Shown here in pieces: positions 1 through 9,865 of a stretch of DNA of 27,292 nt. Position numbers and translations under genes: made by a program. Each line of letters begins with the position of its first letter. Position 1 is the stretch's first letter. The notes beneath the pieces are model-generated. The model did no database searches and had not been told where the DNA came from. It saw nothing but the letters and a program-made list of their open reading frames with translations. The stretch comes from Trichocoleus sp. (GTDB taxonomy: Bacteria; Cyanobacteriota; Cyanobacteriia; Phormidesmidales; Phormidesmidaceae), in the NCBI GenBank assembly GCA_036702855.1, contig DATNQF010000102.1, forward strand, positions 1-27,292, given 5' to 3'.

Positions 1-384
1 CAGTCGATGCCTCGCCCCGTAGTACAAGCCACTTTTCAACTGGAGCCAGGGCACGATCCAAAGGTCGTGACGAGCGATACCCTGGCGGATTTAGAGCAGC
101 GGCGGGCGACCCAGCCTTACGACATGCCCAGTTGTGGCAGCGTATTTCGCAATCCTAAACCTCACAACGCAGGTTGGCTGATTGAGCAAACGGGTCTCAA
201 AGGCTATCGCATTGGCAATGCTCAGGTAGCCGAGCGCCATGCAAACTTTATCCTGAACTGTGGAGGCGCATCAGCAACAGATATTCTCAAGCTGATTCAC
301 CACGTGCAAGACCAAGTCGAGGCTCGCTGGTCTTTGCGGCTCAAGCCTGAAGTGAAAATGGTGGGGGAGTTTCCCCCCATGTGA
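1..384 (+). CDS. murB: UDP-N-acetylenolpyruvoylglucosamine reductase (MurB), C-terminal part; the 5' end lies outside the window
   Basis: The ORF is open from base 1 in frame 1 and stops with TGA at 382-384. The translation ([54 protein letters not shown]) matches the conserved MurB C-terminal substrate-binding region. Confidence 0.8.
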   Translation, partial: QSMPRPVVQATFQLEPGHDPKVVTSDTLADLEQRRATQPYDMPSCGSVFRNPKPHNAGWLIEQTGLKGYRIGNAQVAERHANFILNCGGASATDILKLIHHVQDQVEARWSLRLKPEVKMVGEFPPM

Positions 385-458
385 GATTCAGGCCGCAGGG
401 CGTTAGAATCGGAGAGCTTATCCAGAGTTTCGGAACAGCGTTACAAGGTTTTAGCATT

Positions 459-806
459 ATGTCTAAAGGATTTGGCGGATTTGGCGGACTGGGCGGCAAG
501 ATGAAGGAACTTACTGAAGCCTTCAAAAAAGCTCAGCAAATTCAGGAAGGAGCCAAGCAACTCCAGGAAGAACTGGAGCAAATGGAGATTGAAGGAGAAT
601 CAGGCGGTGGCTTGGTAAAGGTGGTTATGAGCGGTAACCAGGAACCACGCCGTGTCGTGATTGCCCCAGAAGCTTTAAACGAAGGCGCTGAAATGCTAGC
701 GGATTTGGTGACCGCTGCGATGAAAGATGCTTATGACAAGTCCACCGCCACTATGCGCGAACGCATGGAGGCGTTGACGGGTGGGTTAAATCTACCTGGA
801 CTGTAA
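459..806 (+). CDS. ybaB: YbaB/EbfC family nucleoid-associated DNA-binding protein
   Basis: The track ORF 381..806 begins at an internal Met. ATG at 459 gives a 115-aa product ([46 protein letters not shown]...[17 protein letters not shown]...[10 protein letters not shown]), the typical length and sequence of YbaB/EbfC. Confidence 0.85.
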   Translation: MSKGFGGFGGLGGKMKELTEAFKKAQQIQEGAKQLQEELEQMEIEGESGGGLVKVVMSGNQEPRRVVIAPEALNEGAEMLADLVTAAMKDAYDKSTATMRERMEALTGGLNLPGL

Positions 807-834
807 ACATCATCTGCTGTGGGAGTGAGGTGTC

Positions 835-1326
835 ATGGTGACCAGACTGCTTTTTGTGTGTTTGGGCAATATCTGCCGGTCTCCCTCAGCGGAAAACATT
901 ATGAATCACTTGATTCAGCAACGGCAGCTGTCGGATCAAGTTACGTGTGACTCGGCAGGCACCTCTAGCTACCACATTGGAAGTCCACCAGATCGACGGA
1001 TGACGGCGGCAGCTCAGCATTATGGCATTACCCTTCAGGGGCGTGCTCGGCAGCTTGAGCCGGAGGATTTAGCGTCTTTTGATTGGATCCTGGCTATGGA
1101 CCAGGAAAATTACCGCGATATTTTGGCACTTGACAGATCAGGGCTCTATCACGCCAAGGTAAAACTGATGTGTGATTTTTGCCGCCACCACTCCAACCGA
1201 GAGGTTCCTGACCCATACTATGGTGGGCCAGAGGGATTTGACTATGTGGTCAATCTGCTTATGGACGCCTGTGAAGGACTTTTAGATTTTGTCCTAGAAA
1301 ATCCGGTGCCAGCGTCTCAAAGCTGA
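835..1326 (+). CDS. Low-molecular-weight protein tyrosine phosphatase
   Basis: ATG at 835 is preceded by GGAGTGAGG. A CX5R P-loop (LFVCLGNICRSPSAE) lies near the N-terminus and a DPYY motif (VPDPYYG) near the C-terminus, which together are diagnostic of the LMW-PTP family. Confidence 0.85.
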   Translation: MVTRLLFVCLGNICRSPSAENIMNHLIQQRQLSDQVTCDSAGTSSYHIGSPPDRRMTAAAQHYGITLQGRARQLEPEDLASFDWILAMDQENYRDILALDRSGLYHAKVKLMCDFCRHHSNREVPDPYYGGPEGFDYVVNLLMDACEGLLDFVLENPVPASQS

Positions 1327-1339
1327 AAGGAGCCGATTG

Positions 1340-3109
1340 GTGATCAGGATTCGTCGGAAAACACAAGCAGTCGGTAATCTGGTTAGACGCTTAGGCTGGC
1401 TTAGTTTAGGAACCGGACTAGCTCAACTCCTTGGGCTGACGTTGCAAGGTGTAGGTTGTGGCTTTGGACAACCGGCTCTGGCAGCAGAGCGTATTATTGT
1501 TGCCTACGGACCAGCAGAGCGCTCCATTCAGGTTGAAGACTTAGAAACCTTCGCCCAGACGGGTCAGCTTAGCCGACAGTTGAGTGAGTATATCCAGATG
1601 CTGGGATTGTCACCGAATCAGGTGGCACAGTTTCAAGAGGCTCTCAATACGCGGATCGATATCAATGCGATCGCAGTTGGTCAGTTTCTCTACACCGCCC
1701 AGGGCAAGTTTTTATTGAAGCAAGTCGCCCAGGTCGTTCAAACACCATCACGCAGAGCAGGCTTTTCGGCGACACGGGCAGCTTTGATTTTGGCAGCATC
1801 TGATCAAGATCAAGGGCTGACGATTCTCAATGTCTTAAGGTATTTCCCGACAGAGTCTGTTCGCGTGGATGTCCGGCGGGGGCTAGCGATTGCAGGTATC
1901 TTGAACGAGACGTTGGTTTCCTCTAGCCGAGCAATTGAGGCAATTCAAACTCAGTCAGAAACGGTTACGGCCCAAACCCCCCCAGAAGTACTCGCTGCGC
2001 TCACACCTGCCTATTCTCAGCTAAGAGCTCAGCAGCTCTATGATGTTGAGGTTTTTGATTTTTTTGTGCCAGGAGTAGTCGTTCCTGCGCTGTTTTACAT
2101 GCCGCAGCCCAAATCTGGCACGGGAGCTTCCCCCTTCAGCCATCCCTTAGTGGTAATCTCCCACGGGCTGGGTAGTGACCGGGAAGCCTTTGATTACCTG
2201 GCTCGATATTTAGCAGGAGCAGGGATAGCGGTTGTCTCTGTAGAACATACAGGCAGCAATGCAGGGCAATTGTTCTCTCTACTAGAAGGCCGGGCCAACT
2301 TAGTCACACCCACCGAAGAATTTATTGACCGCCCCCGCACTATTTCTCGAACATTAGATGCACTGGAACAGGAAACCCGGCGCAATGTTCGACTTGCTAG
2401 ACGTCTAGATCTCAGCCGTATTGGGGTGATTGGTCAGTCTTTTGGGGGCTATACCGCATTGGCCCTAGCAGGCGCAACGATTGACTTTACCTACTTAGGC
2501 GAGCAGTGCTCACCCACCACCCTAAATTTAAACGTGTCGCTGCTGTTGCAGTGTGAAGCAACGCTGCTGACAAATCCAGGCAATTCATTGGTCGATCCCC
2601 GCATTCGGGCCGTGTTTGTCATGAACCCGATTGGTAGCGCTTTGTTTGGACCCAATGGTTATGCCCAGATTGATGTCCCGATCATGATGGTTGCAGGTGC
2701 AGGCGATACTATTGCCCCTGCCTTCCCAGAGCAGATTAATCCCTTTACCTGGTTGACCACGCCCGATCGCTATTTGCTGTTGGTTGGAAATGGCACTCAC
2801 TTCTCCGTGATTGAGAACAATGACAATGAGCAACCCATTCCCGTTCCACCTGCCGTTATTGGGCCTCGGCCTGATATTGCCCAGGAATACATGAAGGTTC
2901 TGAGTCTGGCCTTCTTTGGGACGTATTTGCAAGGGAATGCGCAGTTTCGCTCGCTACTCCAACCAGCCTTTGTGCAATCCCTTGGGGTAACTCCCCTACC
3001 TCTGAGCCTCGTGCAAGATCTCTCTACGCTTCCAGTTGGAACTACGCCACCCCAGACGACTCCTCAAGCTCAACTGCCCCTCTCGACTGAGTCCATTCCC
3101 ATGCGGTAA
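1340..3109 (+). CDS. DUF1400-type alpha/beta hydrolase (serine hydrolase, dienelactone hydrolase / PAF-acetylhydrolase-like fold) with a probable signal peptide or membrane anchor
   Basis: AAGGAG at 1327-1332 is 7 nt upstream of GTG 1340; the track start TTG 1337 is only 4 nt away. A GXSXG nucleophile elbow (GVIGQSFGGYTALA) is present. The N-terminal ~130 aa after a hydrophobic segment (ERIIVAYGPAERSIQVEDLETFAQTGQLS...) resembles the DUF1400 domain that precedes hydrolase domains in cyanobacteria. The gene starts 14 nt after the phosphatase stop. Confidence 0.7.
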   Translation: MIRIRRKTQAVGNLVRRLGWLSLGTGLAQLLGLTLQGVGCGFGQPALAAERIIVAYGPAERSIQVEDLETFAQTGQLSRQLSEYIQMLGLSPNQVAQFQEALNTRIDINAIAVGQFLYTAQGKFLLKQVAQVVQTPSRRAGFSATRAALILAASDQDQGLTILNVLRYFPTESVRVDVRRGLAIAGILNETLVSSSRAIEAIQTQSETVTAQTPPEVLAALTPAYSQLRAQQLYDVEVFDFFVPGVVVPALFYMPQPKSGTGASPFSHPLVVISHGLGSDREAFDYLARYLAGAGIAVVSVEHTGSNAGQLFSLLEGRANLVTPTEEFIDRPRTISRTLDALEQETRRNVRLARRLDLSRIGVIGQSFGGYTALALAGATIDFTYLGEQCSPTTLNLNVSLLLQCEATLLTNPGNSLVDPRIRAVFVMNPIGSALFGPNGYAQIDVPIMMVAGAGDTIAPAFPEQINPFTWLTTPDRYLLLVGNGTHFSVIENNDNEQPIPVPPAVIGPRPDIAQEYMKVLSLAFFGTYLQGNAQFRSLLQPAFVQSLGVTPLPLSLVQDLSTLPVGTTPPQTTPQAQLPLSTESIPMR

Positions 3110-3144
3110 GGTGAAGGGCTGACTCTTAAGCAGGAAACGTGTTT

Positions 3145-4041
3145 GTGCAGGGATTTCTCAACCTCAATAAGCCGAGCGGGCTGACCTCCCACGATTGCGT
3201 TGCTCGCGTGCGACGTCTATTACGCACTAAGAAGGTGGGGCATGGAGGCACACTCGATCCGGCTGCTGAGGGAGTTTTGCCCATTGCGGTTGGTCGGGCA
3301 ACCCGGTTACTGCCCTACCTAGCTTCGGGCAAAGCCTATCAAGCTGTGATTCGCTTTGGGGTCACTACTACAACGGATGACTTGGAAGGGGAAGTTCTGA
3401 CTCAGCAGTCTGCTGCTCATCTTCAGTGGGCTCAAATTCAAGCAGCACTGCCTCAGTTCTTGGGTGTGATCGAGCAAGTTCCTCCCAGCTATAGTGCTAT
3501 TCAAGTAGGAGGCAGACGCCTTTACAATCTGGCGCGGCAGGGTGAAGCCGTAGAAGCGCCGATCCGGCAGGTGCAGGTAGACAAGATCGAGAAGTTGGCT
3601 TGGCAGGCAGGAGGGTTGCCAGAACTGACAGTTGCGATCGCATGTGGACCCGGCACCTACATTCGCTCCATTGCCCGTGATTTAGGAGCTGTACTAGGAA
3701 CAGGGGCAACGCTGGCTAAGCTGCTACGGACCCATAGCAATGGGTTTGACCTAGCCAATAGTTTAACGCTGGACACGTTGAAAACTCAGGTTGAGGCAGA
3801 CACAGTAGAGTTAATGCCGCCTGAGCAAGCATTGCGTCATTTGCCGATTCTGAACTTACCGGGGGAGTTAGCGCTTCGCTGGCGGCAGGGGCAGAAGCTC
3901 GAAGCCCCTCCCAACTTAACAGCGGATGGAATCTACCGGGTCGTGGATGAAGCAAATCAGTTTTTAGGCATTGCCCAGATTCAAGATCGTGAGGAGCAGA
4001 GGCTGATCCTCGCCAAAATGGTCTACGAACCGCTGGGATAG
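3145..4041 (+). CDS. truB: tRNA pseudouridine(55) synthase TruB
   Basis: The translation GFLNLNKPSGLTSHDCVARVRRLL...GHGGTLDPAAEGVLPIAVGRATRL matches TruB motifs I and II, including the catalytic Asp in GTLDP. A GTG start at 3145 (AGGAAA 7 nt upstream) is preferred over the track GTG at 3139. The true start could be either. Confidence 0.85.
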   Translation: MQGFLNLNKPSGLTSHDCVARVRRLLRTKKVGHGGTLDPAAEGVLPIAVGRATRLLPYLASGKAYQAVIRFGVTTTTDDLEGEVLTQQSAAHLQWAQIQAALPQFLGVIEQVPPSYSAIQVGGRRLYNLARQGEAVEAPIRQVQVDKIEKLAWQAGGLPELTVAIACGPGTYIRSIARDLGAVLGTGATLAKLLRTHSNGFDLANSLTLDTLKTQVEADTVELMPPEQALRHLPILNLPGELALRWRQGQKLEAPPNLTADGIYRVVDEANQFLGIAQIQDREEQRLILAKMVYEPLG

Positions 4042-4140
4042 CAGGATTTGGTCGGTCTGCCTAGCCACTCAGCAGAGTATTTCCGCTAGTAGAAAGAGGC
4101 AAAGAGTTAGATGGGCAAAATCTACCTCATCTCGTTGTAC

Positions 4141-6975
4141 CTACTGCGGCTCGGTCGGTTGCGGCTGGTTAAGCTGCTCCAACAGATTGCCCAGTTGCCG
4201 TTGGCTCTCCCCATAGCGTTGCCAGTCGCCCTGCTGCAGGGCTTGTTGTCCTACCTCGTAGGCTTCCAATGCAGAGTTCAACAAGCTGGAGAAATTCTCT
4301 GGAAGGCTGGGCGCTGATGGGGAAATGGCTGGAGGATCCTGATTAGGACGATTGGCTGCGGCTGTTCCCTGACCAAAAATGGCGTTTAGCCCTTCCTCCA
4401 AAGTTTCCCGCATCACAACGCGATCGCTATAAGCCACAATCACGCGTTTGAGTTCTGGTAACTCACCCTGTTCTGCTCGTAGATAGAGCGGTTGAACGTA
4501 CAGTAGGGATTGTTCAATAGGAATTACTAGCAGATCACCCCGCAGCACCCGCGACCCCTGCTGACTCCAGAGAGTAAGCTGTTCAGAGATTTCAGGAGTC
4601 TGACTAATGCGGGCCTCAATCTGTCCGGGACCATACACTAGCTCCTGCTTCGGGAAGTCATACAGCAGGAGTTTGCCGTATGCTTCACCATCAGAGCGGC
4701 CTGCCATCCAGGCCACCATGTTGTCCTTATTCGCCGGGGTAAACGGCATGATCTGAATGAACTCTGGCCCATCAAAACCAGGCAGCCGCATGATGACGTA
4801 GTAAGGCTCCATCAGCACCTGAGTATCCCCACTCGTCTGAGTCGGAAAGCGCCACAGATCCTCCCGGTTGTAGAAAACCTCAGGATTTGCCATGTGGTAA
4901 GTCCGATACATCTGGGCCTGAACTGTGAAGAAGTCCTGGGGATAGCGCAGGTGCGATCGTATCTGCGACGGCATTTGGGTTCCCGGCTCAAACAGCGTCG
5001 GGAACATCCGACGGTAAGTGGCTAAGATTGGGTCTTGCTCATCTAGAGCAAAAAACCGCAGCGTACCATCGTAGGCGTCGATCACCACTTTGACCGAGTT
5101 GCGAATGTAGTTGATGTTTTGGTTGGCCAGAGTGGTCAGGGTTTCATTCTGCAAAACCTCTGCAACATCATTGCTGCGACTCAGGGGTTCAGAGTACGGG
5201 TAATGACTACTCACCGTGTAGGCATCCACAATCCATTGCAAGCGGCCATCAATCACCGCAATGTAAGGATCGCCATCTAGTGTGAGAAAGGGGGCAATCT
5301 GTCGCACCCGATCCAGCACTGATCGGTAGTAATGAATGCGAGAGTTGGCAGTGAAATAATTTGAGAAGATCAGCTTGAAATTGGTTAGGTCGTAGGCATA
5401 GACCAAACGCCGCAGAAAACCCCCTAGTGGTACTCCACCTTGACCGTCATAGCGGAACGGCGCATTTTGGTCACCTAAGGGATAGTCAAATTCTTCAGTA
5501 CCCGTGCCTGTAAAGATGTAATCGCGCGTGTCCTCGCCGTAGTAGATACGGGGCTGTTCAATCCGCAGATCAACCGAAGCGACGGGAGGAATATTTTTCA
5601 CAAACAGCTCAGGCAAGCCATCCGGAGTAACCTGATTTACTGGGCTCATCACTAAGCCATAGCCGTGAGTAAATTTGAGACGTTGGTTAATCCAGGTTTG
5701 GGCCTCGCGAGGAACTTGGTCGTAGGCCAGTTCCCTCGCCGATACCATCACCTGACGGTAGTTGCCGTTGAGAGTGTAGCGATCTAAATCAACATCATTG
5801 AAGCGGTAATACAGGCGGATTTCCTGAAGCTGTCGATAGGTGCTCAGCAGAGGCTCCGTGTCCCATAGGCGGATGTTCTGCACCGTAGATTGATTCGCCT
5901 GGACAAGCTGACGGTTTAGCGTTTCGGTAGCAGGAAAGGGTTCGCTCTGTACTTGATCTAGATTGTAGGCTTGCCGAGTGAACTGGATGCTTTGGGTAAT
6001 GTAGGGCCGTTCCTTCTCCAGCTCGTTAGGCTCAACCACAAATTTCTGTTGCAACCAGGGATACAGGCCGTTGATCAGCACCAAGACCCCCAGGTAAACC
6101 AAAATCGCAAACGTGGGCAGTGAAAAGCCGCTACGCCAAAGCGACAAGATAAACAGGAATGCTACAGCTAGCGAGACAAAGCTCATCAGCCAATAGGCTT
6201 GTAAGCGGGCATGCTCATCGGTGTAGCCAGCACCAAACACCACGCCTGTGGGGGAATAGAGCAGGTCGAAACGGGCTAACCAAAAACCGACTCCAACCAG
6301 TAGCGCCACCCCTGCTAGCAAGATGCATAGGTGCGTTTTGGCCTCCCCGGTCAAAAAATATTTCCAGCCCCGTTCAGGGCGAATTTCGCCCTTAAGCACA
6401 TAGACTCCCACCGACAGGAACAAGCCCCAAAGCAGCAGGCCCATCAGGTTGTCCTGTAGGGCATGGTAGAAGGGGAGTTTGAATATGAAAAAGCTGATGT
6501 CTCGGTTAAATAGGGGGTCACCGAGGTTGAATAGCGTAGGGTTGAGAACCTTCAGCAGCGTTTCCCAAGCCGCAGCGCTGCGTAGTGCTGCATTAAGAGC
6601 AAGTAGAACGGTAAGGGTAATCGCCCCATAGAACGGCAACTTTTGCAGTGTGGCCGGATCGCCTCGATCGGCGTATTTCTTCTCAAGAAAGGTGTAGGTG
6701 CGATCGCGCGTATTTCTCTCTGCAAGTTGATAGTTGCCCCAGAGAAACACTCCATACAACACAAAGGTGAGCAGCCCAATCCCGACTTGCCAGCGCAACC
6801 GAGTCCAAAAAACGGCTTCAAAACCAACAGAGGCAAACCACCAGGAGTCGGTCAGCAAGTGAACCAGGGTTCCTATAAGGGTTAGCCCAAAGGCAAGAAC
6901 CAGGATCCAGGGAAGATATCGGCGCAGGCGAATAGGTTCAGCGGGAGAATATTTCACAGCAGGACTACAGGGCAA
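4141..6975 (-). CDS. UPF0182 family membrane protein (COG1615-like): N-terminal multi-pass membrane domain plus a large extracytoplasmic domain
   Basis: The 944-aa product has about 7 hydrophobic helices in its first ~300 aa (RYLPWILVLAFGLTLIGTLVHLLTDSWWFASVGFEAVFWTRL...). The long soluble domain and Q-rich C-terminal tail (QQALQQGDWQRYGESQRQLGNLLEQL) are typical of UPF0182 proteins. Confidence 0.75.
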   Translation of the reverse strand: MPCSPAVKYSPAEPIRLRRYLPWILVLAFGLTLIGTLVHLLTDSWWFASVGFEAVFWTRLRWQVGIGLLTFVLYGVFLWGNYQLAERNTRDRTYTFLEKKYADRGDPATLQKLPFYGAITLTVLLALNAALRSAAAWETLLKVLNPTLFNLGDPLFNRDISFFIFKLPFYHALQDNLMGLLLWGLFLSVGVYVLKGEIRPERGWKYFLTGEAKTHLCILLAGVALLVGVGFWLARFDLLYSPTGVVFGAGYTDEHARLQAYWLMSFVSLAVAFLFILSLWRSGFSLPTFAILVYLGVLVLINGLYPWLQQKFVVEPNELEKERPYITQSIQFTRQAYNLDQVQSEPFPATETLNRQLVQANQSTVQNIRLWDTEPLLSTYRQLQEIRLYYRFNDVDLDRYTLNGNYRQVMVSARELAYDQVPREAQTWINQRLKFTHGYGLVMSPVNQVTPDGLPELFVKNIPPVASVDLRIEQPRIYYGEDTRDYIFTGTGTEEFDYPLGDQNAPFRYDGQGGVPLGGFLRRLVYAYDLTNFKLIFSNYFTANSRIHYYRSVLDRVRQIAPFLTLDGDPYIAVIDGRLQWIVDAYTVSSHYPYSEPLSRSNDVAEVLQNETLTTLANQNINYIRNSVKVVIDAYDGTLRFFALDEQDPILATYRRMFPTLFEPGTQMPSQIRSHLRYPQDFFTVQAQMYRTYHMANPEVFYNREDLWRFPTQTSGDTQVLMEPYYVIMRLPGFDGPEFIQIMPFTPANKDNMVAWMAGRSDGEAYGKLLLYDFPKQELVYGPGQIEARISQTPEISEQLTLWSQQGSRVLRGDLLVIPIEQSLLYVQPLYLRAEQGELPELKRVIVAYSDRVVMRETLEEGLNAIFGQGTAAANRPNQDPPAISPSAPSLPENFSSLLNSALEAYEVGQQALQQGDWQRYGESQRQLGNLLEQLNQPQPTEPQ

Positions 6976-7070
6976 AACTGTCCACAGGCAATAGCTCTAG
7001 CTTAATAGACCAACCGTGGGGCAAAGAGACCAACGGTTGTCTTTCTTAGCACGCCGAGGTTATGCGCTTC

Positions 7071-8930
7071 TTAAGTAAGGTCACCACGAATCAACCCTCT
7101 TTCCTCCTCAATCTTGGCTTCTTCGATCTCCTTATCCACTGCCCGCTGTAGGTTAGCTAGGTAAAACTCCATTTTGTGGTCATCTACCGAGTCCAAACCA
7201 GGCCGACCAAAGGCTTTCAGAAAACCCAGCAGACGGTCAGGTATCCGCTGAAAGGGAAAGGAGTGACGCCGGAGACTCCCGCGAAAATCAAAGTAGCGGA
7301 AATGTCCCATATGGCCATAGACCCGCGTCGGTGCCCAGGGTAGGAGCGGGGGCGGAATCAGCGGCACCACATCATTGTTGTTGGCATAGCGGTAAATGCG
7401 ATCGCGCATTTTGCCGTTCATATGGTTAACCATCGTCCAGTCAGCAATTCGAGGCTGACCAAAGGTGTAGAGGCCGCTGACCTTAAAGCCCTGACAGTCC
7501 AGAGAGATCGTTGCCATCGCTGCTAGCGCTCCTCCTAGGCTGTGCCCCGTGATCCACAGCCGGGTTTCTGGCGTTTCCCACTTCCTCAGAAAGGTAACTA
7601 CATCTTTCTCAACGCTCTGCCAAGCATCCAAAAAGCCCCGATGCACCATACCTTTAGGCGGAACCGACTTTTGATCGGCTAGCAGTGTGAACTGCTTCAG
7701 GCGAATCTTAAAGTTGGTGCGCCAATCATTAAGCTGTTGGCTACCCCGAAACACCAAGATAATGTCTTTACCCTGACGAAATATAAACGCCTGGGTGTCA
7801 GTGCTTAGCATGTTCAGATAGCGGAAGTTCTCACGAATATCGTAGGCATTGTCCGGCTGTCCCTCGGTGACCCACTTGTTTACCAAGTCAACCACGTAAT
7901 CGTGGGGCGACATTGTTTTCCATTGATTGTCGGTGTCTTCGCTGACCCACTTGCGCACAATGTCGTTGACGTACTCTTGGTCCTCGTAGACTAGGTGGGC
8001 CGCTTTGGCTAGGGTCAGGGCTCGATGAGTATCGTACTTTCGTTCCTCAGCAATGGCATTGAAGTCGCGGGTGGAGTAGGGGGGCGGCAAAATTTTGTAA
8101 CCGTAACGCTCAAACAGCTTTTTCACATGGCCGTAGCCAGCCCAGTGGATGTAGTGAAAAAGCTGATCGTAAAATCCAGACCCGCCCTTACGACGATAGT
8201 TGCGATCGCCAATCAACTTGACCCAATGAATCACGAAGGGTTTGAGATCTTTAGCGGAAACCATGCCTGCATCAATGAGCGTGTCGAGGTGCTCCAACCC
8301 ACTTAAAAAGGAGTCAAACCAGTCACGCAGGATGATCTCAATGACAAATTCTTCGTTTTCATACTGCTCAAACACCGCCATTGATTGGGGATTGCTAGAG
8401 TTGCGCTGAGCTAATCGCTTGATTTCATCAAGTCCCTGACGCGTCTTAACCATCTGATCGTGAGATCTCAATGCTCGCCGCAACCGAGAATCGTTGGCCT
8501 CAAAGGTCAGCCGTCGCCCATCTTTAGGGTGGTTGATATAAAACAGGCGGTACTCCTCGTAGTCGAGAATATCCAGCACATTGCGAACCGCATCGCGCTC
8601 TCGAAAGGCCTTGACCTCTTGGCGAATCAGCTCAACTCGTTGCCAGCGTCGCTGCCGCTGATAGAGAGATAACCAGGCCAAAGCTACCAATGCCCCAGTT
8701 GTCAAACTTGCCGCCATCAACCAGAGAGGAATCCCATCAAAAAAGTCTCTGCGTCTAGCCCAATCCTCTGAGCGCATGGAATCTTGACCGTAGAACTGGC
8801 TGAGCAGGGACTCTGAGCCACCAGCTCGGTCAACCGGGACAGTGCCCTCGTTCACAGAAATCGCCACCGCAGGAGTAGTCGCGATGACTAAGGTTGTACC
8901 CAAGAGAGTGATGAAATGTCGAATCCCCAT
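7071..8930 (-). CDS. Class-3 (fungal-type) lipase family protein with signal peptide/TM anchor and a ~400-aa N-terminal domain of unknown function
   Basis: Residues around ITGHSLGGALAAMATISL give the GHSLGGA Lipase_3 nucleophile motif. The N-terminus MGIRHFITLLGTTLVIATTPAVAIS looks like a signal peptide. A second hydrophobic segment is LWLMAASLTTGALVALAWLSLY. The gene lies 95 nt upstream of the UPF0182 gene on the same strand. Confidence 0.75.
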   Translation of the reverse strand: MGIRHFITLLGTTLVIATTPAVAISVNEGTVPVDRAGGSESLLSQFYGQDSMRSEDWARRRDFFDGIPLWLMAASLTTGALVALAWLSLYQRQRRWQRVELIRQEVKAFRERDAVRNVLDILDYEEYRLFYINHPKDGRRLTFEANDSRLRRALRSHDQMVKTRQGLDEIKRLAQRNSSNPQSMAVFEQYENEEFVIEIILRDWFDSFLSGLEHLDTLIDAGMVSAKDLKPFVIHWVKLIGDRNYRRKGGSGFYDQLFHYIHWAGYGHVKKLFERYGYKILPPPYSTRDFNAIAEERKYDTHRALTLAKAAHLVYEDQEYVNDIVRKWVSEDTDNQWKTMSPHDYVVDLVNKWVTEGQPDNAYDIRENFRYLNMLSTDTQAFIFRQGKDIILVFRGSQQLNDWRTNFKIRLKQFTLLADQKSVPPKGMVHRGFLDAWQSVEKDVVTFLRKWETPETRLWITGHSLGGALAAMATISLDCQGFKVSGLYTFGQPRIADWTMVNHMNGKMRDRIYRYANNNDVVPLIPPPLLPWAPTRVYGHMGHFRYFDFRGSLRRHSFPFQRIPDRLLGFLKAFGRPGLDSVDDHKMEFYLANLQRAVDKEIEEAKIEEERGLIRGDLT

Positions 8931-9022
8931 GGTTAGCCTGATTGATACGCAAGAGGGCGGTTAAATAATCCCTAGATGCTATCTGGAAAACCAACCCTCA
9001 GGGTCTGTTCTTAATAGCTTTG

Positions 9023-9757
9023 ATGGAATTGTCCATGCAGATTACTTTTCCTAACTCGTGGCCGACTTCTGCGGAAGCTGCGATCGCACTCCAAAAGCAG
9101 CTTCGCAACCAGGTCATTACCGCCGATTATCTACCTGAAACCATTCAGACAGTTGCTGGAATAGATGCCGGATTTGAAGACGAGGGCACTGTCACCCGTG
9201 CCGCTGTTGTTGTGCTCACGTTTCCCGATCTCGTTCCCATCGACGAAGCTCTAGTGCGTCGCCCTACGACCTTTCCCTACGTGCCAGGGTTACTCTCTTT
9301 CCGCGAAGTGCCCGCCGTGCTTGATGCCTTAGCTGCTCTCAAAACTGAGCCCGACCTGATTTTGGTCGATGGTCAGGGAATTGCTCACCCCCGTCGCCTC
9401 GGAATTGCCTCTCACCTGGGTCTACTCATTGATCGCCCCACTATCGGAGTTGCTAAGTCACGGCTGGTAGGAACCCATGACCCCGTACCCACCGAAAAAG
9501 GAGCCTGGGTGCCCCTAATGGACAAGTGCGATCGCATTGGAGCCGTACTCCGCAGCCGCGCCGGGGTTAACCCCCTCTACATCTCCCCTGGCCACCGCAT
9601 CAGCCTTGAAACTGCCCTCGACTACGTCCTCCGTTGCACCACCCGATATCGCCTCCCCGAAACTACCCGCTTAGCTGACCGCCTAGCTTCCTCCCGCAAA
9701 GGCCTATCTGCCCTCCCCACTTCAACCCCCGACACCCAAATGAATTTATTTGGATGA
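9023..9757 (+). CDS. nfi: Endonuclease V (deoxyinosine 3' endonuclease)
   Basis: The conserved Endonuclease V core is present: AGIDAGFEDEG...LVDGQGIAHPRRLGIASHLGLLIDRPTIGVAKSRLVG. I chose ATG at 9023; the track uses the overlapping TTG at 9020. Confidence 0.85.
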   Translation: MELSMQITFPNSWPTSAEAAIALQKQLRNQVITADYLPETIQTVAGIDAGFEDEGTVTRAAVVVLTFPDLVPIDEALVRRPTTFPYVPGLLSFREVPAVLDALAALKTEPDLILVDGQGIAHPRRLGIASHLGLLIDRPTIGVAKSRLVGTHDPVPTEKGAWVPLMDKCDRIGAVLRSRAGVNPLYISPGHRISLETALDYVLRCTTRYRLPETTRLADRLASSRKGLSALPTSTPDTQMNLFG

Positions 9758-9758
9758 C

Positions 9759-9815
9759 TCTCCTCTGCCATCACTTCTCCCTCTTCCCTTCTCCCCCTGC
9801 TGCTTTCTCGTTTCA
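9759..9815 (+). repeat. Polypyrimidine (CT-rich) tract between nfi and the DUF3038-like gene
   Basis: TCTCCTCTGCCATCACTTCTCCCTCTTCCCTTCTCCCCCTGCTGCTTTCTCGTTTC runs about 57 nt with very few purines on the plus strand. Confidence 0.6.
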
Positions 9816-9865
9816 AGTTCCGTAACCCCTATGTCACAATGGGCCGTATCTCCTAGCTTAGAAGG

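Noticed and set aside
2585-2932. Antisense ORFs inside well-supported genes (for example 2585-2932 minus, 17041-17418 minus, 25550-26068 minus, 11105-11350 minus, 8025-8306 plus)
   Set aside because: They lie fully within strongly supported genes on the opposite strand and have no RBS or recognisable motifs. Their composition mirrors the sense-strand codon bias. They are treated as frame artefacts.
4111-4317. 68-aa plus-strand ORF between truB and the UPF0182 gene
   Set aside because: It overlaps the 3' end of the UPF0182 coding region on the opposite strand. It is a Leu-rich, low-complexity translation typical of antisense reading, with no RBS.
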